Positions 29,625 through 43,507 of a DNA stretch of 64,000 bases are shown here, piece by piece. Location: assembly GCF_009914755.1 (NCBI RefSeq), contig NC_060931.1. The stretch is one strand, 5' to 3'. Source of the stretch: the human T2T-CHM13v2.0 reference genome, Homo sapiens. The notes under the pieces were generated by a model. It was not told where the DNA came from and made no database searches. It worked only from the letters and a program-made list of their open reading frames with translations. The number at the start of each line of letters is the position of its first letter. The stretch's first letter is position 1. The position numbers and the translations under genes are program-made.

Positions 29625-30620
29625 AAGGCAAAACTTTAAGAAGAAAACATAGAACTACCTCTATGATCTCATGGTAGAGGATTTTTAAAATAAGACACAA
29701 AAGCACTAACCATAAAAGAAATAACAGATAAACTTGACTTCATAGCATTAATAACTTATCTTTATGAAAAAACAAATAAGCAAACAAAAAACACTTTGAC
29801 AAAAGCAAAAATGCAGGCCTCAGATTGGGAGCAAATGTTAGCTATGATACATATGACAAATGTATATCATTTTATATATGTGTGTGTATACACACAAACC
29901 CTTATGTACTGCAGGTAGAAATATCATTTCCTTCAACTAGTTAGGAAAACAATATAGCAGTAATCTAATAAACTTTATGTGGTACATTTTCTATAACCTT
30001 ATACTCCCAGTCCTAGGTTTCAATGAGAGAAATCATGCATATATATACTTTGAGATATGGTGTAAGAATATTTGAAGCCCTGTGGTTTGTAATAGTAGAA
30101 ATCTGGAAGTACCCAAAGATCTGTCAACAAAAGAATGGGCAAATAATTCAGAAGTATTCACATGATGTAATAGTATGTATCAGGAAAAACAAATAATGTA
30201 CAGCTATTCATATCAACAAGAATAAATCTCCAAAGCATAACATTGAAGGAATAAAGTCATGAAGGAATACACATAGTGAAAGAAACTACTTGTAATGTGT
30301 TCTAAAACATGTAATACTCTACAACTGCAACTCATCATTTAGAGATATACATATATGTTGTAAAACTGTAACGAAAACAATGGAACTATAAACACAAATC
30401 TGGTTGTGGTTACTTCTAGGAAGAGGCAGGGGATGTGACTAGAAAGGAGCCCACAGAGGGTTCAGATGCCGGGGCTGGGGGGTTGTTTGCAGATTCCTAA
30501 CACATTGATACTAACATCTGTTTACTCAGCTGGCTTGTCCTTAAATGCACTATGTAATCACATGATATGTATCATATACATTCTTTAGTATTTTTCAGAG
30601 TTTTCATAACCAAACAAAGA
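29625..30620 (+). mobile_element. L1ME-like 3' region
   Basis: aagacacaaaagcactaaccataaaaga; gtttgtaatagtagaaatctggaa; gtggttacttctagg. Confidence 0.7.
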
Positions 30621-31360
30621 AAAACATTTGTGCCTGACCAATACCTATCCCTAAGTAGGTTACATATTTTATAGGCAGAACAGTCACCAAAAATTATAAT
30701 ATATGAGGCTTTGACCCAATTACACTACCAAACATCCCCCATTAAATTTTTCCTGTGGATTTAAAACTCTTTATCTGTAGGAATCCTGCTTCCATATAAG
30801 ATTTTTTTCTGGAAGGGATATATTACCTTTTTAGTGTATTGTCTACTTCAGTGTATCATAAACTGCCACTACAACAGCCAAGGAAAGAAGTAATGGGAGG
30901 GCCACATGTCCTCCAGGTTAATAGAGATGGGAGGAAAGGGCCAGGGGCATAATGTTATTCAGTGTGGGTGGACTGGCGTCCTGAACTCACAGTGACCCCA
31001 TTGGAGAAGCAGCAAAAGTGCAAAAAACACAGGAAAGGAGAGATGGGAAAGTAACAAACCATTGCTGCCACCTTCACAGGCTGCCCTGCAGAAAATGCAC
31101 AAGGCAATGCCCACTGTCATGTTGGGACATTATTTTTTGCATGAAAGAAGCTGGCCAGGAAAAACATTAAATAGGAAATAAGTTTTATAGCTTTATAACC
31201 AAACAGCATGGTGAGCTACATGTCACCTGCACTCATGGTGACAGCACCATCAGAACCCCAGGGACTAGGCCTCTCACCCCACCAGCTTGCAGTCAGTGAC
31301 TAAGCCATAGGTCTGTGTAGGACTCCTCACACCCTGCACCTTCTCACCTCAGCTTCCCAC

Positions 31361-31678
31361 TGCTACGGTGTGGCTACGGTTTGTTCATCCCCACCAAATC
31401 TCATGTTGAAATTTGATCCCCAGTGTGGTGGTATTGACAGGTTGGGCCTAGTGGAAGGTTTCTGGGTCATGGAGGTGGACCCCTCATGAATGGCTTGGTG
31501 CAATTCTTGTTCTTGAGATGCTGGTTTGGTTCTTAGTGTAATTACTTCCCTTGAGAGTTCTTATAAAGCCAGGCAGTCCCTCAGGTTTGGTGCCTGCAGA
31601 ATTTAAATTAAATAAACCCCTTTTCTTTATAAATTGCCCAGCTTCAGGTGTTTCCTTATAGCAACACAAAATGGACAT
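31361..31678 (+). mobile_element. MaLR LTR (MSTB-like)
   Basis: ccccaccaaatctcatgttgaaatttgatccccagtg ... ttccttatagcaacacaaaatggac. Confidence 0.85.
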
Positions 31679-31749
31679 GCCCTCTGCTAGTCTCAATTTA
31701 TGCCAATTACTGGAATAAACAAATAGCAAGGGAGATTAATCATTGAACA

Positions 31750-32117
31750 GTGCTTAGCCTATTTTCTGCTGCTATAACAGAATACCACAGACTGGGTAAT
31801 TTATACAGAAAAGAGATTTATTTCTTACAGTTCTGGAGGTGGGGAAGTCCAAAATCATTGTGCTGGCATGTAGCAAACGTCATCTCATGGGGCAAGGGTA
31901 GAAGCAGAAGTGAATGCATGAGACAGAGAGAGGAAATTGGGCTGAACTTTTCCTTTTATTGGGATTCCACTCTCTTAATAACAGTATTAATGCATTCATT
32001 ACCTTCATGAGCCTTCATGACTTAATCATCTCTTAAAGGTCCCACTTTCTGTAAATTCTGATACAATGGCAAGTATATTTCAACACGAACTCTGGAGGGG
32101 ACACTGAAACACAGCAC
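31750..32117 (-). mobile_element. MaLR LTR (MSTC/D-like)
   Basis: tgctgctataacagaataccacagactgggtaatttata ... tggaggggacactgaaacacagca. Confidence 0.8.
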
Positions 32118-34006
32118 ACAGCCAAGCTTCTTTGACCAAGCTGACTACAGGATGCCCTTGATGGAGAGACCAGGGATCATCACCTTCAAGTTCCTGGTCC
32201 TTCTTCTTGAACTAAAGACTCCTTGGCTTTGCTCATGTTGGCTTTAGCCACCAGTTGCTTTACAGCCTCCCACACTCAGTCTCTCAGCTTAGGTATCAGA
32301 AGATACTTCCATTTTTTTTAAATTATTTAGCTCTCTCATGACCTCCTGTCAGCAGATCTACCTCGCACCTCATTTCCTTAGGCTGATACCTAATGATGCT
32401 CCAACCCCACGGAGGGGCATCTAGCTAACTGGTACTAAATAACAGTCACTTAAAAGGTAGTTTAAATTTCACACATTAAGACATACATGTTTGTGCAAGG
32501 CAGAGGTTTTCTTTCTTGTTGACTGTATTTTCAGGTTGTAGTTACAGATACCCATTAACAAGCCTGCCTTCTGAAATAAGATTATCTCAGTCAAGTATTC
32601 TCTTTGTTATGTGTGGCATCATCAGACACATCTGCAATGATCCCAAAAAAAGAAACGATCAGAACCACATTTATTTAAATATGCAAAATGCTGAAGGAGA
32701 GCTATTGGCTGATGCATAAATACAAATTCTGTTTCCATCTATGAGAATTGGAGTGAGGACGGGGAGTCACAACCATCCACAAGTGACACTGACTTAATAA
32801 CATAGAAAATGTTTCAGATTTCTCATGTACTGGGGAAGACAAGAGTGGTGAGCACAATCAGGGTAATAAAACATCCCTCAGCTCAAAGAGATAATTCTAA
32901 TATCATATATTGTGCATGGAGTAGTGAAGGCCAAGTACAAGCAACTTCACATCAGTACATAGCCTACACAAGACAGCCACAAGTCAGGAAAGGGTTGTAT
33001 TGCATTAGCAAATGATTGAATTAATAGCTAATGATCTCCTAGAAGAATTATATTAAAGACTTTTAATTGACACTTTATCAACCATAATCAACTCTTTTTT
33101 TTCATTGCTCTGCTCATTTATGTTCCAATGAATAAGACTCAAAATCCTGAGGCAGCTTAAAGTATATTTTACATCAGTCATCATGGTCAGTGTAGCATAC
33201 ATTTTATGATTTGAAAATTTGTAATAGCCTTTCATAGGCTAATTGCTGAGCCCTCTACCAGAGCTAAGAAAAGAGTGCACAGTTTTGTACATTGAAAGAA
33301 AAGGCAAAACACAGTAAGGCAAGCAGCAGTAAAATGAGACAGCTGTGTCCAGCTCCCCAGCAACCCCTGCCAAGAAAGCCCTTTATATGAAAATGAACAT
33401 TTGACAAGAAAGCATATTAAAGTATTAGCTTTTTCATTCAGCATAGGGCATCTCTTTATTTTAAAAAAATCTTAGGATTGCTCTAATAATAAATTGCCTA
33501 ATGTGTGGACAGCATGATTCCATTTGTAAAATGTCTATTTAGCATTGCTTTTCAAAGGCATGTCATTGCTTTGTGAGATGTACTCTGAGGTTAAAAGATG
33601 CTTTCCCTAAGAAACACTAGCTATGGAGTAACTGTCCTACAGTGAAATGATCTAATAATAATAATAATTGGACTTAATGATTTTGCATCATTCCTACTGA
33701 CTTTAATCAGACTTCCAAATTATTTTGTGTTATGGAAAATTTCAAACTTGGCATTTGAGAATCAATCTAAAGTTTTTTTTTTTTTTTGAAAAGTGTGATT
33801 TTCTCTAATTTGGTGTTGACTTACATCAGGATTTAGTAAACGGGCCTAAACAAGTTCTTCCACAGGGAAAGGTAAAGTGAATCAAAGAGGACATTTAATG
33901 AGTAGTCAGCTTGAATCCCAGTGGGTGGGGCTGGTGATATCTGAAATCTACATCACTTCATGATCACTCAACAAATCATGTTGGCTGATTTATGCTGTGG
34001 AATAGT

Positions 34007-34310
34007 CAGTGGTCTTCAAATGAGAATGCATGTTGTTGGGGATATGGGAAGACCTTCCAGGGACATGAATAGTTTTAAGGGAGTCATTTTCTAGATTCTC
34101 AACTTCCACATGTGTTCGTTGGTCAGAGGGAACTGCCTTCAGATGCACTTGGGATGGAGGTGCAGCCTCTGCACACTAACAGCAAATTCAAAATACAAAT
34201 ATTGATCCAGGAAAGTGACTGAGATGACTGAGTGACAAATCTCATGCTGATCAGATAGTTTCCAAGCCGTTTCTTTCAACAAAATTCATGAAGGTCATTT
34301 AGGTATTAGC
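34007..34310. mobile_element. Possible Charlie-type DNA transposon fragment
   Basis: TIR-like cagtggtcttcaaa followed by aagaccttccaggg. Confidence 0.35.
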
Positions 34311-34314
34311 TCAC

Positions 34315-34688
34315 TGTATTAGTCCATTCTTCCATTGCTATAAAGAACTATCTGAGACTGAGTAATTTATAAAGAAGAAAGGTTTAATTGGCTCGTGGTT
34401 CACAGGCTGTACAGGAAGTATGGCTAAGGAGGTCTCAGGAAACTTGCAATCATGGTGGAAGGCAAAGAGGAAGGAGACATTCTATGTGGCTGGAGCAGGA
34501 GAAAGAGAGAGCAAAGGGGGAAGTGCTACACACTTTTAAATAAGCAGATCTCACGAGAGCACACTCACGATCACAAGAACAGCAAGGTGGAAGTCTGCCT
34601 CTATGATCTAGTCACTTCCCACCAGGTCCCTCTTCCAACACTGAGGACCACAATTTGGCATGAGATTTGGGTGGGGGCACAGATCCAA
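34315..34688 (-). mobile_element. MSTA LTR, last few bases missing
   Basis: tgtattagtccattctt...ttgctataaagaacta...catgagatttgggtggggg..cagatccaa. Confidence 0.88.
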
Positions 34689-35675
34689 TCTACAGTGTGA
34701 ATTGCTCAGTGTGAAAGTTACAGTGGAACATTTCAAATGAACAACACTGCATTTGAAGAAGTGCACTTGAAAATGAGGGCTCCCGAATTAGTCTCATCTA
34801 GGGATACCTATTGATATGCAGAAGCTTCTAAAAAGATTTCAATATTTTTATTTAAAGACTCTTTATAAAAAGCAAATAAAAAGCCTAAGTGACTAATTGA
34901 CAAGAAAAATTAAATTTGCTAATCTTTTGGCTTGGTCATCATCCTACCTTGAAGGTGAAAAGAAAGTTATCCTAGATAGAGTGTTTTTAAAAGGTAGGCT
35001 CTCAGGTAAAGTAGGTTCTTGCTTCTCTTTCAGATCTATCCATGCTGAGTCCAGGCATAGAAAGTGCTTTCTTTGCCCTATTCTTTAAGGGGCTCCATCA
35101 TAAACTCAGTAATTTTATCTAAGAAACAGTAGCTAAGTTAAAAAAGACCACCTATCAAACTAAAGTACACCCTTCTGGAATTTAGCTGGCTATCTTGAAA
35201 TCCTTTTGTAAAATAATTTCACACTTATAAAGGAAATCTCCATTTTTATGGTGTCTGTCTATGTATATTAGAAACTCTTACCATTGTTTTAAATTCACAC
35301 AACAAATCATACCTTTGTTTAAAGTTCTTTTCTGGCCATCTTGTCTTAAGTGAACTTCTACTTATACCTTTTTTCCCTTGTTTGAGCAAATAGTACATTA
35401 TTTAGGCCTAAAGGCTTAGCTCTGTGCTTATAAAATATAACTTTTTGTTTCACCTAAGAGTTGTCCCTTTAGAAATGTGAATTTATTGCCTAGTAAATTA
35501 TTTCTTAGGGTAATGAAACAAGCAATTGGAAGATTGATAGTTTGAATGAGGAAGAGAAAGCTATTTAAAAGCCAGCAAATGAGAATCCTTTATGAAAGCG
35601 ATAAGATCTGCTTCTATGTGTTTGTGTGTCTGTAGGTATTCTGTGTATGTGATAATATTTGGTAAATAAAGCGAG

Positions 35676-36251
35676 TGTTGTGGTCTTCCAGCTCCTTAGC
35701 TCAGCTAGGTCCAAGTTCTTGTCCCACAACGAGGAAGAATTAGGCACACAGACACCAGAGAGTGAGTAGGGTAAAGCAGAATTTGTTAAGTGAAAGGAGA
35801 GCACTCATCAAAGACAGGGATCCTGAAAGCATGTTGCCATTTCACAGTTGAATACAAGGGCTTTCACAGAAAAGCTGATGGGGCTGGGTTCCTTATTTGC
35901 ATAAGATGTTAATTTCTGGCAGCTCCACCCCATCTTTCCAGTGCACATATGGACCCTTAGTCTAAGCCACTCCATACTGATTTATTTCCCTTACTGTCCA
36001 TGTGTTAAGGAATGGAATTTTCCACCATGGGCTTATGTAGGCAAGTCTCCTGTGTAGCTTCTCTTATCTGTGTAACTGAGGGCATGTTTAGGCAAGTACC
36101 CTGTGCGATTTCCCTTATCTGTACAAAACATTTGGTGTAAGCACTTGTGGTATGTTTGGATTGGGCAATGACCTGGACAGGTCCAAGGTTCTCCAGGGAC
36201 CCCCCGACCCCACTTACCATATGCCTAAAGCAAGCTGGCTAACTCCTCTCA
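35676..36251 (-). mobile_element. ERV1 solo LTR (MER50-like) nested in the provirus
   Basis: TG...CA ends; flanks cgag/ctag (4-bp TSD); gttcttgtcccacaacgaggaagaattaggc motif. Confidence 0.7.
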
Positions 36252-37083
36252 CTAGCTTTTACATTGTTGGTAAAATAGGAATGACTTTAAAATTACCAGT
36301 TAAATATAAGTAGATACTTGCTTGATTTGACTGTCAGCTTACAGTTTTGGTTTAGAGCCTCTGGATTCAGCGATCTGGATGGATGGTCATGGTGAGGTCT
36401 GGAGACATGTTGTCAGTGCCTAGACCAGCAGCTACAAGGCAGAATCAAGCCCAATATGGCCCCTTCTTCCCTGCCCTAGCTTTGCCTCCTGGCTATTCTG
36501 GGAGGGGTTGGATACTCCAGGTATAGTCTTCATAGCTCTGTCTTTTATGAAGACCTCTATGCCTGGTATGTGAATTCAGGACTCAAACAGGCTCTGCTTT
36601 TCATAGCCCTCCTGGGTGCCACATGGCTATGTGGCACCCAGGATGACTGGGAAAGACATTAGGAGGGCACCTGTGTCATAGTTTCAAAATGTATTTTCAG
36701 TAATTTAAAATCTTAAAGTTAGGTTAAATTAAGTAATAGATAATCATAAAATGTTTGAGTCATTTGTAAGTTGAAATACTGAAATATTTATTATTAAACA
36801 TGAGTTTAAGTCTATATACATTGACATATTATTTTTATATGGTATAGAAAAGCTGAATATATTTATATCATTAATAAACAATAATTTGAAGAACCATCTT
36901 TTTAAAAAAATACAAAATGTTTTTTATCTACAAAGACTGATATAAACAGTTCAAAATTACTTTCTAGGGTTTTTACTAGAAATTAGGGCTACTAAGACTT
37001 AAAATTATAGTTAATCTTTGTAATTAAAACTATTAGACATGAGAGAAACAATTCTGTATACACAGTGTATAAACAAAAGCAAG

Positions 37084-37395
37084 GGCCAAGCATGGTGGCT
37101 TGCTCTTGTAATCCTACCACTTGGGGAAACTGAGGTGGGCAGATTGCTTGAGCCCATGAGTGTGAGACCAGCCTGGGCAACATGGTAAAACTCTCTCTAC
37201 AAGAAATACAAAAATTAGCTGGGCATGGTGGCATGAGCCTATAGTCCCAGCTACTTGGTGAACTGAGGTGGAAGAATTGCTTGAGCCTGGGGAGGTTGAG
37301 GCTGCAGGGAGCTGTAAACACACTACTGCACTCCAGCCTGGATGACAGAGTGAGACCCTGTCTCAAAAACACAAAACAAAACAAAAACAAAAACA
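37084..37395 (+). mobile_element. AluJ
   Basis: attgcttgagccc; gaggttgaggctgcag; gagaccctgtctc; (AAAAC)n tail. Confidence 0.93.
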
Positions 37396-38994
37396 CGACA
37401 TGCTTTAGATGGGGGAAGTTATGAAGGCATAAAAATGTGTGTTTGCTAAAAAAAATTGTCTAGTTTGAAGTTACTTAAAGATTTCAAATTGAAGGAGTAA
37501 AAAAAAGATAAAACTAGATAAATAAAGAAAGTTAGGGAAAAGTATAAAACACAAAAGGTTTATAGAGTTTATAGAAATCTTATGTGTTCAAAAGATGACA
37601 GACTTGATTGATTTATTTATAAGATTTTATTAAATATTAGCTTTATATTTATAGTACACTAATACAAAAATAAAATTTGTTTTTCTCCTCTGAACAAAAA
37701 TTTCATGTAGTGTTAATAAGACACAGTAAAATATTTTTGTTCACCTTTTGAGTAAACTGCAAAGAGAAAGACAGAGATAAAAGAGAAGAAACAGAATTTG
37801 TCTCATGCTGTCTGAGATCTTTTGATTGGAAAACTGAGTCTCCTCTCTCAAAGAGTACAGGTTTTTGTTTAAAAAATCTTTTAATTATCACTTTGGCTAA
37901 ATGAATGACTATTATTTTATGGTGACTTGTGATCTTATTTTGGTAAAGTGTTTTAAAACTTTGACATATTTGATTGGCTTCCTAAAAATCAAATTTCAAC
38001 TTCAAAATTAAGTCTTTTTTGACCTTTTAACTTTGGGATGCTACAAAGGTCCCCTGAAGCATCCATAAGGGAGATAAACAGGATTATTTGACATGTGAAA
38101 TTACATGGGAAGCATTGTCTAACAAGAAAGGATGGTTTAACCTTCTTAAGTTATATCTTAAAGAATATGTTATTAATATATGTTCCAAAGTTATATGGGA
38201 TTTCTAAAATCCTAATATGTCTGGGTATATGCTATCGGTCATAATTCTGGTTATTATGTTGAGTTATTGTAAACCACAGAAATAACCAAATTTCCTTTTC
38301 AATTGTCTTTATGACCATTTAAAGTCATTTCCACAGTTAATTCCTTAATTCTGATGCAGTTTCTCAAAACTTCACAAGCACATAAAATCCTAGAATATGG
38401 TGTCTTTAAAGAGAATCATGAAAGGATGGGAAGAGCCCTGACACATGCTCTTGAACACAAGTTTCTAATAACTTTAGGACCACATCACTTGGATTGGGTA
38501 AAAATTAGTGGAACTCTAATGAAGAGACTGGCTGGTTTATAAAACTACTGAGCCAGGCAGGAAATAAACTAATTGAATACCAAGAAAATATTTTGCCAGA
38601 TGTTCCTGCTAAATCAGCTAGTACTGAAATTGTTAAGATATGCAATTTAAATGAACTCCATGGTGAAAGTCAAATTACCTATGATAATCTATTGGTTATC
38701 AGTGCTATGCACCTAAATTGGAGAAACAATCAGTATTTAAGAGGATATAAGTCCAATGTTAAGTGTGGGCTCCTGGAGAACAGCTGCTTCATCTTCCTGA
38801 GTCCTTAAAGCTTTTGTTATCAAAATCTCTGCATTCCAGGACTCATCATTGAAGAAATAAAGTGATCCAAATTAAAAATATATATATTGGTTTGGTGACT
38901 CTTCTAAGTTGCTAAAATAGTTGATGACCAATGTTTGGTTTGTTAAATTCTTATTCCTAAGAGGACAATCAAAACTGCAGGTACATTTCTGTTT

Positions 38995-39225
38995 ATGATA
39001 GGGCATTTAAACATTTACAGAGGGATTTCATTCAATTGTCATTTTCAATGCATGTTTTCTGGTTCTATGAAAGCTTTTCCATGCAAGAGGGCTAATTCTA
39101 TAACAGTAGCTAAAAGGTTATTAGAAAATGTGTTTTCCCCATGGGACATTCCTGGAGAAATCTCCAGTGATGGAAGTACTTGTTTCACTGGACAAGTTTT
39201 AAAGCAGTTAAATAAGGTTTTATAA
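38995..39225 (+). pseudogene. Retroviral integrase core remnant
   Basis: CMFSGSMKAFPCKRANSITVAKRLLENVFSPWDIPGEISSDGSTCFTGQV resembles the rve core (FSGWxEAFP...GxPxxIxSDxGxxF). Confidence 0.8.
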
Positions 39226-39566
39226 ATATGACAACATTTGGTAAAGCTAACTGAAATGACTGGATTGCTTTGGTCAAAGGTATTTTATATTAATGGCAAT
39301 CAGATCCACTTCCAGTGTAAACCATAAAGTGATACCTTATAAAATAGTCACTGGAAGACCTATTCCCCTAATAATACAACCTCATTTATCTTCCACTACT
39401 GAACTCTGATATAACTAAATGCTGCAAGTCTTTAATGCATTATGTCAAGATGTATTTTTACCAGGTAAAGAAATCTTTTTTATGGTCCACTGACCGAGGA
39501 CAATCAAACCCTTCACAATCTAGAACTTAGAGACTGGGTCTTCTAAGAACAACATCAGATAAAGAC

Positions 39567-39708
39567 TGCCCTTGCCATCCCCATTGCAGCAAAACTTCAG
39601 GACCTTGAACCTTGGGTTCATAATGTCACAGTTCAGATGCCCTTGCCATCCACATTGCAGCAAAATTTCAGGACCTGGAACCTTGGGTTCATAATCTAAC
39701 AGTTCAGA
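39567..39708. repeat. 71-bp tandem duplication in the ERV
   Basis: tgcccttgccatcc...cagttcaga at 39567 and 39638, few mismatches. Confidence 0.92.
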
Positions 39709-40189
39709 AGGCCCCCTCCACATTCTTGGAACTGTTCACCTCTTGGAAACCTTAAGGTAAATCTAACCAGGGAAGTTTATCCCCAGAAGCAGAAAGCATC
39801 CTTGATGCAAACAGCTTTTTCACAACATCATGGATCAAGACTTGTCTGCTATCATCAGACTCTTAACTTTCCATTTTTTTCTTTCTTATTCTCCCGTGAA
39901 CAATAAAAGTGAAAAAGGTGTCATTGGTGTGCACTCAGCTGGTATAGTTTTTTTTGTGAATGATTTTGCATCCAGCCATATACATGAACAATCTTATGCC
40001 TTTTAGAAGAAAGATGAAGGGTCAACCTAGGTGAGAAATTTTAATTGTACATTTGTTGCCTCATAATCAGTCAGAAAGAGAACATTGGTTCACTCATTTT
40101 AACCTGCATCATAGGTTAAAGAGAACATTGCCAGGAGACTTTGCCCTTCTAGATAGGCATAATTTATGAGGTTTCTTTTTTTATGATTT

Positions 40190-40640
40190 GGAGTAAATGA
40201 GACAATGATTACAAATTTATCCCTCCTGATAGGCCGTATAGCAGATTCTACTGTAAAGGCTATGGCTAGACAACAGATCTTAAATTCTCTTGTGAAAGTT
40301 ATGCTAAAGGATAAATAATATAAATAATAAAAAATAGAATCATTCTGGATTACTTACTGGCTAGGCAGAGAAGAATCTGTGTAGTTGCTGGCACTTCTTT
40401 TTGCACATGGAGAAATACATTGGGTACTATAGAGATTCAGTTGTAGGAGATTAATGAACAGACTGCTTGGTTAAAGTGAGTGGCTCTTTGTCTATCTCAC
40501 TTTTTGATCAACTTGTTTAGTTTGTTTGATTCATGGGGACCCTAGCTAATGAGCATACTCCAAACTCTTGGTATTATCCTCCTGATAGTCATAATAGTAG
40601 TCTCCCTAGTACTCTGTATTCTCTCAAAAGTTTTAAATAC
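40190..40640 (+). pseudogene. Retroviral env TM remnant
   Basis: From 40333 translates NRIILDYLLARQRRICVVAGTSFCTW, an ISD-like motif plus degenerate CX6CC. Confidence 0.8.
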
Positions 40641-40882
40641 TTGCATGCAGGCATCTCAAGAATGTCAAATGGTATCTCTTCCACTGGAATGACAAGAACT
40701 CAAATAAATGTGTGACCATGAGGGCACTGTAACGTATGAATGATGTGTTCAGACTAGAAATCCAAAATGATGGTAACTGAGAGTGGCACTAAAGCCTCAG
40801 GTGTTGGTCATGTATTAGTCTGTTCTCACATTGCTACAAAAAAACTACCTGAGACTGGGTAGTTTATAAAGAAAAGAGGTTT

Positions 40883-41683
<801 letters not shown>

Positions 41684-42273
41684 TCAGGTCTCATGAGAAC
41701 TCACTCACTATCACAGGAAAAATGAGAGGAAAATCCATCCCCATGATCCAATCCCACCTCCCACCAGGTCCTTCCCCCAACACTGGGAATTATAATTCAA
41801 CATGAGATTTGGGTGGGGACACAGAGCCAAATCATACCAATCATACTCTCACCTAAGTGAGAACCTGACAAAAAGAGTGTAATTCTTAAACAAAATTATG
41901 GGAGGCCATTATTTTGAACTGAGCTCATACACTAGGCCCCAACAGACCAGACCAAACCAAAATGGAGTCACTCATACTACATATGGCATAATTTAACTCA
42001 GACTTTAAGGAAAGAGATAGGTCCTAGAACTGATCAGGTTTTGTTTCTCTCCTGTAAACAGGAGAGTCCAGCACAAGGAAGTACCCTCTGCTCTAACCCT
42101 TACCAAAAAAAATAACCTGATGTCCTTGTACCTACCTTACAAAACCCTCTGTTCTGCTATTATTCAGTGGATTTCAAGACCAAATCAGTACATTTACATT
42201 GATGATAGTGACGTCAATTACTAATGTTTTGGGCAATCTCTCAAAATCAAGGGGATGATCAAAAGGGGGAATT

Positions 42274-42672
42274 TGTTAAATTAAGCTTAGCCTAAAGCTG
42301 CCTCCTTATATATTTTAAGTTCACCCTTAAGGTTTCTATACACAGTAAACTGAAACCTAACTGGATATATAAACAGACTAGCCTATTTTTGTGCCAATCA
42401 CCAAGTTTTGGCCAATTAAAGTGGGCCAACTGTTCAAATTGTGTTCAAATAAGGCAAACTCTAAGCTGTAATCAATCTGGCTGTTGCTGTACTTCACTTC
42501 TGTTTTCTGTCTGTCACCTTCCATTTTCTGCCCATAAATCTTCTTCTACCACATGGCTGTGCTGGAGTCTCTCTGAGCCTGCTGTGGTTTGGGAGGCTGC
42601 CTGATTCATGAATCATTCTTTGCTTAATTAAATTTTGTTAAATTAAATTTGTCTAAGGTTTTTCTTTTAACA
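42274..42672 (+). mobile_element. MER57-type 3' LTR
   Basis: tgttaaattaagcttagcctaaagctgcctcctta ... ttttcttttaaca. Confidence 0.88.
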
Positions 42673-42674
42673 AG

Positions 42675-43370
42675 TGCATACTCAGAAAGACATGAGAAAG
42701 CCTCAACTCTCATCTTGGGCTGACCTTAATATGTTGAGCAAACAGCAAGGGAAGGCTAAGGCAGAATTGTTCATTACCTACTAATGTTTGAAGTGTGCCC
42801 CATCACTCATACAGACCCCCTCAGCAAATAGTGAAAGACTTATTTGTTCCAAGCACTTAAGGAAATCACTATCCATTCATTATCTGACCTTTAAGCTAGC
42901 CAAGTAGAGACTTCAGTCCTCATATATGAAAGAGAATACAGACTTGGCAGAATTATTTCTTTAAAGTCAGTAAACAAACAATAAAAGCTACCAAAAAATG
43001 CCCCAGCAACAATAACAAACCCTGGGGAAGTTGCAAAATCTGATTCCCGGGGTTTTCACACTATAATATTTAAAATGTCAATTTTTAAGAAAAAATTGCA
43101 AGACGCAAAAAGAAACAAGAAAGTACAGCCCATATGCAGGAGGAAAAAGCAATCAATGGAAAGTGTCCCTGTGGAAGCTCACATGATGAACTTACTCATG
43201 AAAGACCTTAAACCAGATATTCCCAATCTACTCAAAGAAATTTTAAAAAATTCTTAAAGAACTGAAGGAAAGCATGAGAATAATGTCATACCAAATAGAA
43301 AATATAACACAATTGAAATTATTAAGAAACAGAAATTCTGGAGTGGAAAAGTACAATAACTAACTTGAGA
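42675..43370 (+). mobile_element. L1M 5'UTR/ORF1-start fragment
   Basis: aagaaacaagaaagtacagcccata; aaagaactgaaggaaagcatgaga; gaaattctggagtggaaaagtacaataact. Confidence 0.7.
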
Positions 43371-43384
43371 AGTACAAGAGAAGT

Positions 43385-43507
43385 ATAAACATCTTGCCTA
43401 AAACCTTTCCTCAAGCTTTGTCGCTTTGCCTCAAGCTCCACCAATCATTGTATTCTTCTTGAAGCAAAGCAACAATAGGTTGGAAGGGTTTTAGGCAGGA
43501 TGTTTAT
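43385..43507. repeat. Two-stem inverted repeat (26-bp + 18-bp stems, 22-nt loop)
   Basis: 43385-43410 pairs with 43482-43507 (24/26); 43418-43435 pairs with 43458-43475 (16/18). Confidence 0.92.
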
